Source of the DNA: Terriglobales bacterium
GTDB taxonomy: Bacteria; Acidobacteriota; Terriglobia; Terriglobales; Acidobacteriaceae
Length of the DNA: 64,000 nt
NCBI GenBank assembly: GCA_035716645.1
Contig: DASTJH010000052.1
Location: 3,206-67,205, forward strand
Direction of reading: 5' to 3'
Shown here: positions 37,442 through 45,936 of the stretch, one piece after another
Layout of the letters: every line of letters begins with the position of its first letter
Position numbering within the stretch: the stretch's first letter is position 1
The notes under the pieces: model-generated
What the model was told of the DNA's origin: nothing
Database searches by the model: none
Seen by the model: only the letters and a program-made list of their open reading frames with translations
Translations under genes and position numbers: made by a program

Positions 37442-37533
37442 ACCTTCTCTCTAACTGGATTCTCCGTAATATGCCCGCTTTGAGAGCCCAGGCTCCAGTT
37501 CGGCAGTTCTGTTCGGGAAATATTCGAGAACAC

Positions 37534-37574
37534 CGCGTAGAGGCACAGCCATGCTGCGTCTCTACGCGTTTTTC
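37534..37574 (+). terminator. Rho-independent terminator candidate between convergent genes
   Basis: 9-bp stem CGCGTAGAG / CTCTACGCG (37534-37542 and 37560-37568) followed by TTTTT. Confidence 0.5.
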
Positions 37575-37577
37575 ATT

Positions 37578-39986
37578 CTAGTGGCGATTGCCCCCGCCGC
37601 CGCGATTGCCTCCCCCGCCTCCGCTGCCGCCACGGCGTCCGTGATGACGGCGTCCGCGACCCCCGGGACGGCCACCGCCTCCGCCTTCGCGAGGGCGTCC
37701 TTGCGGACGATCACCGGCGCCGGCGTGCGCGGGCTCGCCTTCGCGATTGAAGTTGGGCTCGCCTTCTTCTTCGGTGAAGTCGCCGCCGCCTTCTATCGTG
37801 AAGCTGCCTTCGGGAGCGCCTCCTTCGTGACTCGCCGCGTGTCCAGCTCCGTCGCCCGATTCCGGGCCGCCGCCGTTGCCGGCGGGAGCCATCTTCGCGC
37901 GCTGCTCGCGCAGGATCGCCTTGCGCGACAGCTTGATGCGATTGCCTTCGAGTGCGAGAACCTTGACCAGGATCTGATCGCCTTCGTGCAGCTCGTCGCG
38001 AACATCCTTAATGCGATGTTCAGCGATTTCGCTGATGTGCAGCAGGCCGTCGGTGCCGGGGAAGATTTCGACGAACGCGCCGAAGTCGGCGATGCGGACT
38101 ACCTTTCCCAAATAAGTCTTTCCTAATTCGGGACTGGCGGTGATGTCGCCAATGATCTGAAGAGCCTTGCTCATCGCCGCTTCGTCGTTGGAGGCAACGT
38201 TCACCTTGCCCGAATCTTCGACGTCAATCTTCACGCCCGTCTGCTCGACGATGCCGCGAATGACTTTGCCGCCCGGTCCAATGAGGTCACGAATCTTGTC
38301 CACCGGAATCTGTAGAGTGTGAATCCGAGGAGCGAACTTCGAAGTTTCGCGACGCGGCTCCGGCAGCGCCTGATTCATCTTGTCGAGGATGAACAGCCGT
38401 CCGTGGCGCGCCTGCTCCAGCGCCTCGCGCATGATCTGGCCGGTAATGCCGGAGATCTTGATGTCCATCTGCAGAGCGGTAATGCCCTGCGCCGTGCCGG
38501 CGACTTTGAAGTCCATGTCGCCGTAGTGATCTTCGGCTCCCGCGATGTCGGTGAGGATTGCGTACTGATCGCCTTCCTTCACCAATCCCATCGCGATGCC
38601 CGCAACCGGCGCCTTGATCGGAACGCCGGCGTCCATGAGCGAAAGCGTCGCGCCGCAAACCGAAGCCATCGACGACGAGCCATTCGACTCCAGAATGTCG
38701 GAGACCACGCGCATCGTGTACGGCCACTGCGCTTCGTCGGGAAGCACGGCAGTGACGGCTCTCTGGGCAAGAGCTCCGTGTCCGACTTCGCGCCGGCCGA
38801 CGCCGGTCATGCGTCCGGTCTCTCCCACCGAGAACGGCGGGAAGTTGTAGTGCAGCATGAAATTCTTCTTCTTCTCGCCTTCATAGTTTTCGAGGCGCTG
38901 CACGTCGTCCGACGTTCCCAAAGTGGTCGTCACCAGCGCTTGCGTTTCGCCGCGAGTGAAGATCGCAGAACCGTGCGTTCGGGGCAGCGCACCGACCTCA
39001 ATCGAAATGGGACGGATCTCGTCGAACTGCCGCCGGTCCGGACGAACGCGGTCCTTCGTGACCTGCTCGCGGAAGAGCCGCTCGCGCAAGGTTTCGTAGT
39101 ACTGGCTCAGCTTGGCCGCCGCTTCTTCGTCGTCTTCCGGCAATGCAGCCTTGAGTTCCTTCTTGATCTCGGCGACTTTCGTGTAGCTCTCGATCTTCGG
39201 ATACTTCTTCGTGTCCAGCGCGTCGGTCAGTCGGCTTCCCACTTTGGATTTGAGCTGCTGGTAGTACTTCTCGTCAAACTCCACCGGCGCAACATCACGC
39301 TTCCTCTTGCCTCCGCGTGAAGCCAGGTCGCTGATCGCCGCGCAAATCTTCTTGATCTCCGTGTGCGCGAACTCAATCGCGTCCACCACCTGATCTTCCG
39401 CCACTTCTTTCGCGCCGGACTCGATCATCACGATGCCGTCTTTCGTGCCGACTACCATGATGTTCAGCTTGCTCTCGCGCATCTCCTCGTAGCCGGGATT
39501 GATGACCATGTTGCCATTGACGAGGCCCACGCGCGCCGCGCCGACCGGACCGGCAAACGGAATGTCCGAGAGGGTGAGCGCGCACGATGCCGCATTGATC
39601 GCGATCACATCCGGATCGTTCTCGGTGTCGGCCGAGAGCACGAGCGCGATCACCTGCGTTTCATTCTTAAAATTCTCGGGAAATAGCGGGCGAATCGGAC
39701 GATCGATCTGGCGAGCGGTCAAAATCTCGCGCTCGCTGGGACGGCCTTCGCGCTTGATGAATCCGCCGGGGATGCGTCCGCCGGCGTAGGTGTACTCGCG
39801 ATAATCGACTGTGAGTGGGAAAAAATCCTGCCCTTCGCGGGGCTCGGCGGCGGCGACGGCGGTGGCGAGCACGACATTGTCGCCCATCCGGACGACTGCG
39901 GCGCCAGGCGCCTGTTTGGCGAGACGGCCAGTCTCAAAATCCAGCCGCTTGCCACCTGCAAGTTCAACGCTTGCGTCTTGCTTCAT
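37578..39986 (-). CDS. pnp: Polynucleotide phosphorylase with a Gly/Arg-rich C-terminal extension
   Basis: Two RNase PH domains, KH and S1 domains (GKVVRIADFGAFVEI), then about 100 extra residues ending GGGGGRPGGRGRRHHGRRGGSGGGGGNRGGGGNRH. Confidence 0.9.
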   Translation of the reverse strand: MKQDASVELAGGKRLDFETGRLAKQAPGAAVVRMGDNVVLATAVAAAEPREGQDFFPLTVDYREYTYAGGRIPGGFIKREGRPSEREILTARQIDRPIRPLFPENFKNETQVIALVLSADTENDPDVIAINAASCALTLSDIPFAGPVGAARVGLVNGNMVINPGYEEMRESKLNIMVVGTKDGIVMIESGAKEVAEDQVVDAIEFAHTEIKKICAAISDLASRGGKRKRDVAPVEFDEKYYQQLKSKVGSRLTDALDTKKYPKIESYTKVAEIKKELKAALPEDDEEAAAKLSQYYETLRERLFREQVTKDRVRPDRRQFDEIRPISIEVGALPRTHGSAIFTRGETQALVTTTLGTSDDVQRLENYEGEKKKNFMLHYNFPPFSVGETGRMTGVGRREVGHGALAQRAVTAVLPDEAQWPYTMRVVSDILESNGSSSMASVCGATLSLMDAGVPIKAPVAGIAMGLVKEGDQYAILTDIAGAEDHYGDMDFKVAGTAQGITALQMDIKISGITGQIMREALEQARHGRLFILDKMNQALPEPRRETSKFAPRIHTLQIPVDKIRDLIGPGGKVIRGIVEQTGVKIDVEDSGKVNVASNDEAAMSKALQIIGDITASPELGKTYLGKVVRIADFGAFVEIFPGTDGLLHISEIAEHRIKDVRDELHEGDQILVKVLALEGNRIKLSRKAILREQRAKMAPAGNGGGPESGDGAGHAASHEGGAPEGSFTIEGGGDFTEEEGEPNFNREGEPAHAGAGDRPQGRPREGGGGGRPGGRGRRHHGRRGGSGGGGGNRGGGGNRH

Positions 39987-40163
39987 GAATTCCTCTTTTC
40001 ATTGTTTGCTGTGCATTTTTCCTGCGAAGTTCACGCTTCGCCGGAGTCCCTGTTCGCAGGGAATGGCCGCCAATCGCGGTGCAGAAGATGATGGGTGAAC
40101 GGATTCGATCCGCAGGAGCGGGCGCCGGGAACATGGAACGGAAGTCAATGCTGTGTGTCGGTC

Positions 40164-40299
40164 CAACGTGGAGCCGGGCGCCCTCGCCCGGGTTTTGACT
40201 CTTCTTAACCTCAACTCAGAACGAAGGGATTGCTGGTCCATAACCATTGAAAGCAGAAGCAACGGCAAAATCCGGGCGAGGGCGCCCGGCTCCACGTTG
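40164..40299. repeat. Perfect 28-bp inverted repeat in the rpsO-pnp intergenic region
   Basis: CAACGTGGAGCCGGGCGCCCTCGCCCGG (40164-40191) and its exact reverse complement (40272-40299), separated by an 80-nt spacer. Each arm contains the hairpin CCGGGCG-CCCT-CGCCCGG. Confidence 0.9.
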
Positions 40300-40315
40300 A
40301 GTCCCAGAGTCCTGA

Positions 40316-40597
40316 TTACTTGCGAATCCCGAGTTTGTGGATTACGTCCTTATAGCGCTCGGAATCGTAGGTTTTGAGGTAGTCGAGCAAACGGCGACGC
40401 TTGCTGACCATCATCAGGAGACCGCGGCGGGAGGCGTGATCCTTGGTGTGCGTTTTGAAGTGCTCGGTCAAGTCCACGATACGCTCGCTAAGCACCGCGA
40501 TCTGGACCTCCGGACTGCCGGTGTCCGTCTCGTGCGTGCGATACCGGGTAATGACGTCTTGTTTGCGCTCTCTGGCTAACACTGAAGCTGCTGACAC
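40316..40597 (-). CDS. rpsO: 30S ribosomal protein S15
   Basis: [16 protein letters not shown]...[29 protein letters not shown] matches S15. The start is GTG 40597 or GTG 40582. Confidence 0.9.
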   Translation of the reverse strand: MSAASVLARERKQDVITRYRTHETDTGSPEVQIAVLSERIVDLTEHFKTHTKDHASRRGLLMMVSKRRRLLDYLKTYDSERYKDVIHKLGIRK

Positions 40598-40775
40598 TCC
40601 TATATTCGTTTCGAGTCCTTTAAGTCTCTTTAGCAGACTAACATGGGCCGAAGAATTTCGACAAACCGCGGACGGCGGCTTGACCACGGAGGAGACGGAG
40701 GAGATTAAATGTTTTGGCTCAAGCGATTAGCTAATTCGAGCTCGTCGCCTATTATTCGAAGCGACAACTACGCGC

Positions 40776-41402
40776 TTAGGCTGCGCTACCACGACGGTAA
40801 AACTTAGGCAGCACCGGGCAGTTCTCAAGATGGTGGAGGCTTGCCTCCGATGTAGGGAAGTTGCCGAGCAAGGCGTGCGAATAATTACGGGCGTATCTCT
40901 GGATCCAGTGAACCAATGGGTCACCCTGCCCATGTCGCCGGTTGCCTGCGTGCGGCATCGCTGCGAAAGCTGAGAGCACGGGCGTAACGTCCCGACGTTC
41001 TCTCTCCGCCAGGCGAATCTGCTTGGCTACGAACTCCGCAGCGGGTTTGCGGCAATGTAGTTCCTCCGCGTAGTGATCTCTATCTTTCCCCGCGATCTCA
41101 CCGTCCACGAAGAGAACGAAGTCGATCTCAAATTGGAGCGACTTCATCGCAGGAAGCGATTGGCGAAGATTTCCGCCGCCCATGGTGCCGCCACCCCGGA
41201 GTACGTGTTCGAGCAGACTCTCGTCAACGGTTCTTGACCAGCTTATTAACTTGCGGTCGCTCGGTGCGAGCACAGCGCGAAAGACATCAACCATGTAGCT
41301 GTCCATCGAAACTGTGTGCCTTTTCTCGCACTCGTCTTCGTCCTTCACATGCCAGCAATATCGAAGGGCCGTAATGTCTTTCTTGGAACGGTTCTCCACC
41401 AC
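40776..41402 (-). CDS. Hypothetical protein in a lower-GC patch
   Basis: 208-codon ORF with a GTG start and no motif recognised. An overlapping ORF 41345..41560 in another frame could be its displaced N-terminus. Confidence 0.45.
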   Translation of the reverse strand: MVENRSKKDITALRYCWHVKDEDECEKRHTVSMDSYMVDVFRAVLAPSDRKLISWSRTVDESLLEHVLRGGGTMGGGNLRQSLPAMKSLQFEIDFVLFVDGEIAGKDRDHYAEELHCRKPAAEFVAKQIRLAERERRDVTPVLSAFAAMPHAGNRRHGQGDPLVHWIQRYARNYSHALLGNFPTSEASLHHLENCPVLPKFYRRGSAA

Positions 41403-41696
41403 GAAGGCAGCATTGGCCTCCTCGGGTCACAAGCAAGGTGGCGAAGAGGACTCTCCTGTTTGGAACCTTCAAAGATCTGGCGAAACATTGGAAAAAGAGC
41501 CGGATCGTAGCGATTGAGAGCAACGTCGGCGCTGGGACTGGCAAAGAGCGCCACTTCCATGGACCTATTTTAGTGCCACTGGGGCGGTGGCATTCTTGAA
41601 TTTCTATAACCCTGCCTATATATCGAAGGCTCGCACACGAAGTAAGATCAGATTTCTGGTGCGGGATCTCAGGGCCAGAGGCCCGGATGCTAAACG

Positions 41697-42000
41697 TCAG
41701 CCCATGCCGGGAGGCATGGGATCGGAGCGCGATGAAGTCGAGCGCCGGAGGCGCGGCACAAAACTCGTGTCCTTGTCCCAGGAGGGACAGTCATCCGAAG
41801 ACATATTTCGGAATCGTATTCCGACGCCAGTTTTCTTCAGCATTGAGACGAACTCCTCCTCAAAGGCGACTTTTGTGATGTTGCCTTGAAGGCGGATGTA
41901 GCTCTTGACCTGGGCACATGTTACGCGGTGACGGTGCCGTAGCCTGTTTCGAATTTGACGCGGTGCTGCCCATGAATCGCGAGGCGAATCGTCAACACTC
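41697..42000 (-). pseudogene. Decayed remnant of an IS200-like / COG1943 (RAYT-type Y1) transposase gene
   Basis: One frame reads SYIRLQGNITKVAFEEEFVSMLKKTGVGIRFRNM, compared with the family C-terminus YI.NQ.EHHKKKSFQ.EY..FLKK..VEYDERY as I recall it. An upstream frame reads KFETGYGTVTA-stop, compared with WQDGYGAFSV. A frameshift and stops separate the two pieces. Confidence 0.4.
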
Positions 42001-42070
42001 CCTGACCCTTGGGTCTCTGAGAAACTTACCGCAACATAGGCAAGCCGTTTGAGGGTTTAACATTCCCCGC

Positions 42071-43021
42071 ATGCCCATTTCCGTAGCTCAAGCTGAGGAC
42101 GCTCGCCGCAATATTCGCGACGTTGTTTTCCGGACTCCGCTGGTTCGTGGCAACTTCGAGTCTTCTGCTGCGGTGTATCTGAAGCTCGAGAATCTACAGC
42201 CGATTGGGTCGTTCAAAATTCGCGGCGCGGCTAACGTGATGGCGCTCACGCCTCGCGAGCAGCTTGCGCGCGGAGTCCTGACCGCTTCGGCGGGCAACAT
42301 GGCGCAGGGGGTAGCATTTTGCGCGCGCCGACTCGGCGTCCCGGCGACCATCGTGGCTCCGGACACGGCTCCAGCAACGAAGATTCGCGCTGTCGAGCGC
42401 ATGGGCGGACGCGTCATCAAAGTTCCATTTGCGGAATGGTGGCGCACCTTCGAAACTCGCACCTTCCCGAATGTGGACGCAACCTTCATTCACGCCTTCG
42501 ACGATCCCCATGTGATGGCCGGCAATGGCACGATCGCTCTGGAGCTACTAGAGGACTTGCCCGATTTGGACGCGGTGGTGATCCCGTGGGGTGGTGGAGG
42601 GCTATCGTGCGGAATCGCGGCGGTGTTGCGCGCTCGTGCTCCGCGCATGAAGATTTATGCTGCCGAAATCGAAAGCGCCGCGCCCCTGTCCGCTTCGTTG
42701 GCAGCGGGCGAGCCGCGTGCGATCGAGTACCGGCCATCGTTCGTCGATGGCATCGGCAGCAAAACTGTTTTTGCGAACATGTTTGACCACGCGCGCAAGC
42801 TTCTCGACGGCTCTCTAGTCGTGACGCTCGGCGAAGCCGCGCAAGCCATGAAGCTCGTTGCTGAACGCAATCGCGTAATTCTCGAAGGAGCAGCCGCATG
42901 CGCCGTAGCTGCGGCGCTCTCGGGCAGAGCCGGATCCGGCAAGGTCGTGGCCATTGCCTCCGGCGGCAACATAGATTTGGATAAGTTCGCGCAGTTAGCG
43001 GCGGGAAATCAAAATTCCTAA
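42071..43021 (+). CDS. PLP-dependent threonine/serine dehydratase
   Basis: LKLENLQPIGSFKIRGA (PLP lysine). GGGGL loop. 316 aa with no regulatory ACT-like domain. Confidence 0.8.
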   Translation: MPISVAQAEDARRNIRDVVFRTPLVRGNFESSAAVYLKLENLQPIGSFKIRGAANVMALTPREQLARGVLTASAGNMAQGVAFCARRLGVPATIVAPDTAPATKIRAVERMGGRVIKVPFAEWWRTFETRTFPNVDATFIHAFDDPHVMAGNGTIALELLEDLPDLDAVVIPWGGGGLSCGIAAVLRARAPRMKIYAAEIESAAPLSASLAAGEPRAIEYRPSFVDGIGSKTVFANMFDHARKLLDGSLVVTLGEAAQAMKLVAERNRVILEGAAACAVAAALSGRAGSGKVVAIASGGNIDLDKFAQLAAGNQNS

Positions 43022-43044
43022 ACTCGTCAGTTCCGGAAAAAAGT

Positions 43045-43210
43045 GTGGGTGCCCCATCCTCGCGGTTTTCGCGAGGGTGGGGTTTAAAGGAATGTTGACC
43101 ATCCCAAGATGGTTCCATTTCTTTAATTTCTAAAGCAAAATCAAGGCGTTATGCGCCAACAGTTTTCCTACCCCACCCTTGCGAAAAGCACGCAAGAATG
43201 GGGCACCCGC
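43045..43210. repeat. BIME-like paired-arm element
   Basis: GTGGGTGCCCCATCCTCGCGGTTTTCGCGAGGGTGGGGT is inverted as TACCCCACCCTTGCGAAAAGCACGCAAGAATGGGGCACCCGC. Each arm is itself a hairpin. Confidence 0.8.
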
Positions 43211-43226
43211 TAGAGCGGATTGATGC

Positions 43227-43601
43227 TCACTCTGTCTGGGTCTTCGCTGTGGAAGGCGAAAAGTGAAGAGAGAACGAGAACCTGGACACATGGATCGGCA
43301 CATCGTAATCGGCCGCTAAATAGATCTGGGTTGCGACTCCCTCTCCGGTTCGTTCGACTCTCACGTGATCGGGGTCAAGATCGATATCGTAGCCCTTGGC
43401 TTTGAGCACAACACGATCTCGATATTCCTCATCCGATCGTGGGTTTACAAGCCCGATGCGATCTCCGGCGTGGGCCGCTATATCCTTCATGTCCTCGTGC
43501 AGCTCCACATTGGCTAACTCCGCCGCGGCAATCTGCCATCCTGTGCGCCAGATAAAAACCAGACTGACCAGGCAGAAGATAATTGTGACGTTTCGCTTCA
43601 T
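43227..43601 (-). CDS. Small membrane-anchored hypothetical protein
   Basis: MKRNVTIIFCLVSLVFIW signal/anchor followed by a soluble domain of about 100 aa. No motif recognised. Confidence 0.45.
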   Translation of the reverse strand: MKRNVTIIFCLVSLVFIWRTGWQIAAAELANVELHEDMKDIAAHAGDRIGLVNPRSDEEYRDRVVLKAKGYDIDLDPDHVRVERTGEGVATQIYLAADYDVPIHVSRFSFSLHFSPSTAKTQTE

Positions 43602-43757
43602 GGTGACCGATTGAGCCTTGTTCTGAGGGGCATTCCCATCATGCACGGACTGCAATCCGAATCATAGTGGCGCACGGAATTCGATCAAGGTTACCTTCGT
43701 CCCGTCTTTGGAAAACCCAGCAGTCAACCAGTCTTAGAATTAGCGCCAAACGCTTTT

Positions 43758-44504
43758 CTAATCCGCGGCAAAGAGTGCTGGCTGCTCCGCTGCCTTTGGC
43801 TCGAAGTCGTTGTTCGTGATGGCGACGAGGAGACGAACGCATTCTTGACGGAAAGTTTTCCAGCCATAGCCTCCGGCGCGCAGTACCGGTCCGTGCTCAT
43901 GCCAGACCACCAGAAGCGTGGCGAGTTGGAAGCAGCGCCAGAGTATTAGTTCCAGAAAGGGAAGCGATCGCCGACTCTTCTGCAGGCGCTTAAGGTTCTC
44001 CGCCTGGAAGCGCAAATGGTCAGCTTCGTCGGCGAGAATATTGGCGCAAATGCGCTGCAGAAGCGGCGAGACCGTAGCGCGCTCCAGCGCCGTATAGTAT
44101 GGGACGGCGACGATCTCAGCCATGGCCAGGACGCGCAGGCAGAGCTCCAGTCCAGCGAACTTGCGCACGCGCCGGAAGACCCGATCGACCCAATGATTGC
44201 GAAGCAGCGCCACGCCTTCGCGCTCGAGAAAGCGCGCCAGATGGCGGCTGTGCCGCTGCTCCTCCTGGATGAACAGCTCCAGCGCCGGCAGGAAATTCGC
44301 ATCAAGCGCAGGCAGCCGCGACGAGCGTCCGCGGCGGATCAGCCCGGAACCGTCAGAACCCTCACCGAGCTGAAACTGCTGGATCGATGCGCTTACCAGC
44401 CGCCGCTCACTGTTGGTGAGCCTTCGCGGATGCGACCACGGCAGAAACTCATGAGCAACTGCTCGGGAGGAGAAGAGGGCGGTCCAATCTGTCGGTGTGA
44501 TCAT
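43758..44504 (-). CDS. Ferritin-like di-iron-motif protein of unknown function
   Basis: Two E..H motifs about 85 residues apart (IQEEQRHSRHL and LADEADHLRF) within predicted helices. Confidence 0.5.
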   Translation of the reverse strand: MITPTDWTALFSSRAVAHEFLPWSHPRRLTNSERRLVSASIQQFQLGEGSDGSGLIRRGRSSRLPALDANFLPALELFIQEEQRHSRHLARFLEREGVALLRNHWVDRVFRRVRKFAGLELCLRVLAMAEIVAVPYYTALERATVSPLLQRICANILADEADHLRFQAENLKRLQKSRRSLPFLELILWRCFQLATLLVVWHEHGPVLRAGGYGWKTFRQECVRLLVAITNNDFEPKAAEQPALFAAD

Positions 44505-44679
44505 CCCGCGTACTTTACCGTACAAAGTACATTGCGTCAATTCGAAATTCGGGGAAAGATATAGCGTTGTAATGGTGAGCCCGGGTTTCAACGTGGCGGA
44601 AATTGCCGCACCTGCGCTGCTTGTTTATACTTAAGGTTTGCTCAAGCAGAAAATTTCTGAGTAGGAGTGCAGCAACTCG

Positions 44680-44835
44680 ATGCCGAAGCGCACGTTTCAA
44701 CCGAACCGCCGGAGGCGGAGCAAAACCCACGGGTTCCGTACCCGGATGAAGACCAAGTCCGGTCAGGCGGTGCTGTCGCGCCGTCGCGCCAAGGGCCGCA
44801 AGCGCATCTCTGTGAAGCCGGGATTTCGCGAGTAG
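44680..44835 (+). CDS. rpmH: 50S ribosomal protein L34
   Basis: [45 protein letters not shown]. Too short (51 aa) to appear in the ORF track. Confidence 0.95.
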   Translation: MPKRTFQPNRRRRSKTHGFRTRMKTKSGQAVLSRRRAKGRKRISVKPGFRE

Positions 44836-44933
44836 GCGCCGGCGCCTCGTTCTCTCCTAATTCTTCCGAACATGTGAAAGCCAGCGCGACTCACCCTGGA
44901 AATGAATATTGCTCGGGAGGATGAACAGCCCGA

Positions 44934-45353
44934 ATGTCTGTTCCGCGCGATCATCGACTGCGAAAGCACTCAGACTTTGAACTGGTGTATGCCTCGGGGA
45001 AACGCCACTTTTCGTCGCTGCTGACCGCGTTTTATCTGCCGCGCGTGGGGAGGCCTGACACGGATGTCGCCGATTCTCCGGCCAGCGGCGCGCGAGTGGG
45101 ATTCACGGTCGGTCGGCAGATGGGAAAAGCTGTGGCCCGCAATCGTATCAAGAGAAGATTGCGCGAGGCAGTAGGGAAGAATCTGCATGTGCTGGAAGTC
45201 CCTGTGGATGTGGTGATCAATCCCAAGAAGTCGGCGAAGGAAGTGGATTTCCAGGTTTTGTGCGCGGAAGTTGAGCGCGCGTTCGCGGCGATTACGGGGA
45301 AGTTGTCGGCGTGTGGCGCCGGCAAACAGGCGGCTGCTCCGGGGAGCAAGTAG
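44934..45353 (+). CDS. rnpA: Ribonuclease P protein component
   Basis: Position after rpmH. GKAVARNRIKRRLREA matches the RNR motif. Confidence 0.85.
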   Translation: MSVPRDHRLRKHSDFELVYASGKRHFSSLLTAFYLPRVGRPDTDVADSPASGARVGFTVGRQMGKAVARNRIKRRLREAVGKNLHVLEVPVDVVINPKKSAKEVDFQVLCAEVERAFAAITGKLSACGAGKQAAAPGSK

Positions 45354-45417
45354 GCGGATTCCTGGAGATTTGCTCCAGGATTTAAAACCTCCTCGTGGAT
45401 AAACGTTCCCTAAAGAC

Positions 45418-45586
45418 TGTCATCCTGAGTCCGCGAAGCGAACGAAGGATCTCCGCCGATGCGTCAGACTAAAATGCGTCTTCCTGGCTCCTCTACGACG
45501 ATTCCCCTGGAGGAGCCGGGATGCTGCACGTAAGTCCTGAGAATCCGCGGAGATCCTTCGTCCGCCTTGGCGGACTCAGGATGACA
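45418..45586. repeat. GTCATCCTGAG-family paired-arm element between rnpA and yidD
   Basis: TGTCATCCTGAGTCCGCGAAGCGAACGAAGGATCTCCGC is inverted as GCGGAGATCCTTCGTCCGCCTTGGCGGACTCAGGATGACA. Confidence 0.85.
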
Positions 45587-45639
45587 ATCCTGTAGAGTGT
45601 AGAAGCTTTGGAAGTTGGAGCTCCCGCGAGCTTCACGAA

Positions 45640-45912
45640 GTGCGACATAGTCGAAGGTCTGATTTGAGCATCGCGATGCAGGCATCATCCCGGCAGGAAC
45701 TGGTGGAGCGGCTGCTGCGTTTCTACAAACGTTGGATCTCACCAATGTTTGGCGAATCCTGCCGCTATAGCCCGACGTGCTCGGAGTATGCCGCGCAGGC
45801 GATTGTCGAACGTGGATGGCTGAGGGGCAGTGGGATGGCGGTCAGGCGATTGCTGCGGTGTCATCCGCTTGGCTCCAGCGGCTACGATCCGGTGCCGCAA
45901 AAAGATCGATAG
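45640..45912 (+). CDS. yidD: Membrane protein insertion efficiency factor YidD
   Basis: [28 protein letters not shown]...RLLRCHP. The start may be ATG 45676. Confidence 0.85.
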   Translation: MRHSRRSDLSIAMQASSRQELVERLLRFYKRWISPMFGESCRYSPTCSEYAAQAIVERGWLRGSGMAVRRLLRCHPLGSSGYDPVPQKDR

Positions 45913-45936
45913 GACTCCGGTAGGAAAAAGAAAAAG

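Noticed and set aside
37551-38126. A 191-aa plus-strand ORF with an Ala-rich N-terminus.
   Set aside because: It is antisense to the Gly/Arg-rich tail and S1 domain of pnp. Its low-complexity Ala runs mirror the GGN/CGN codons on the other strand.
41587-41889. A 100-aa plus-strand ORF in the rpsO-dehydratase gap.
   Set aside because: It lies opposite the segment whose minus-strand translation matches the IS200-like C-terminal signature. It has no motif and poor composition.
44505-45410. Possible chromosomal origin (oriC) because of the rpmH-rnpA-yidC context.
   Set aside because: There is no dnaA gene adjacent. I found only one near-match to a DnaA box (CGTGGATAA near 45393) and no cluster of boxes or AT-rich unwinding element.
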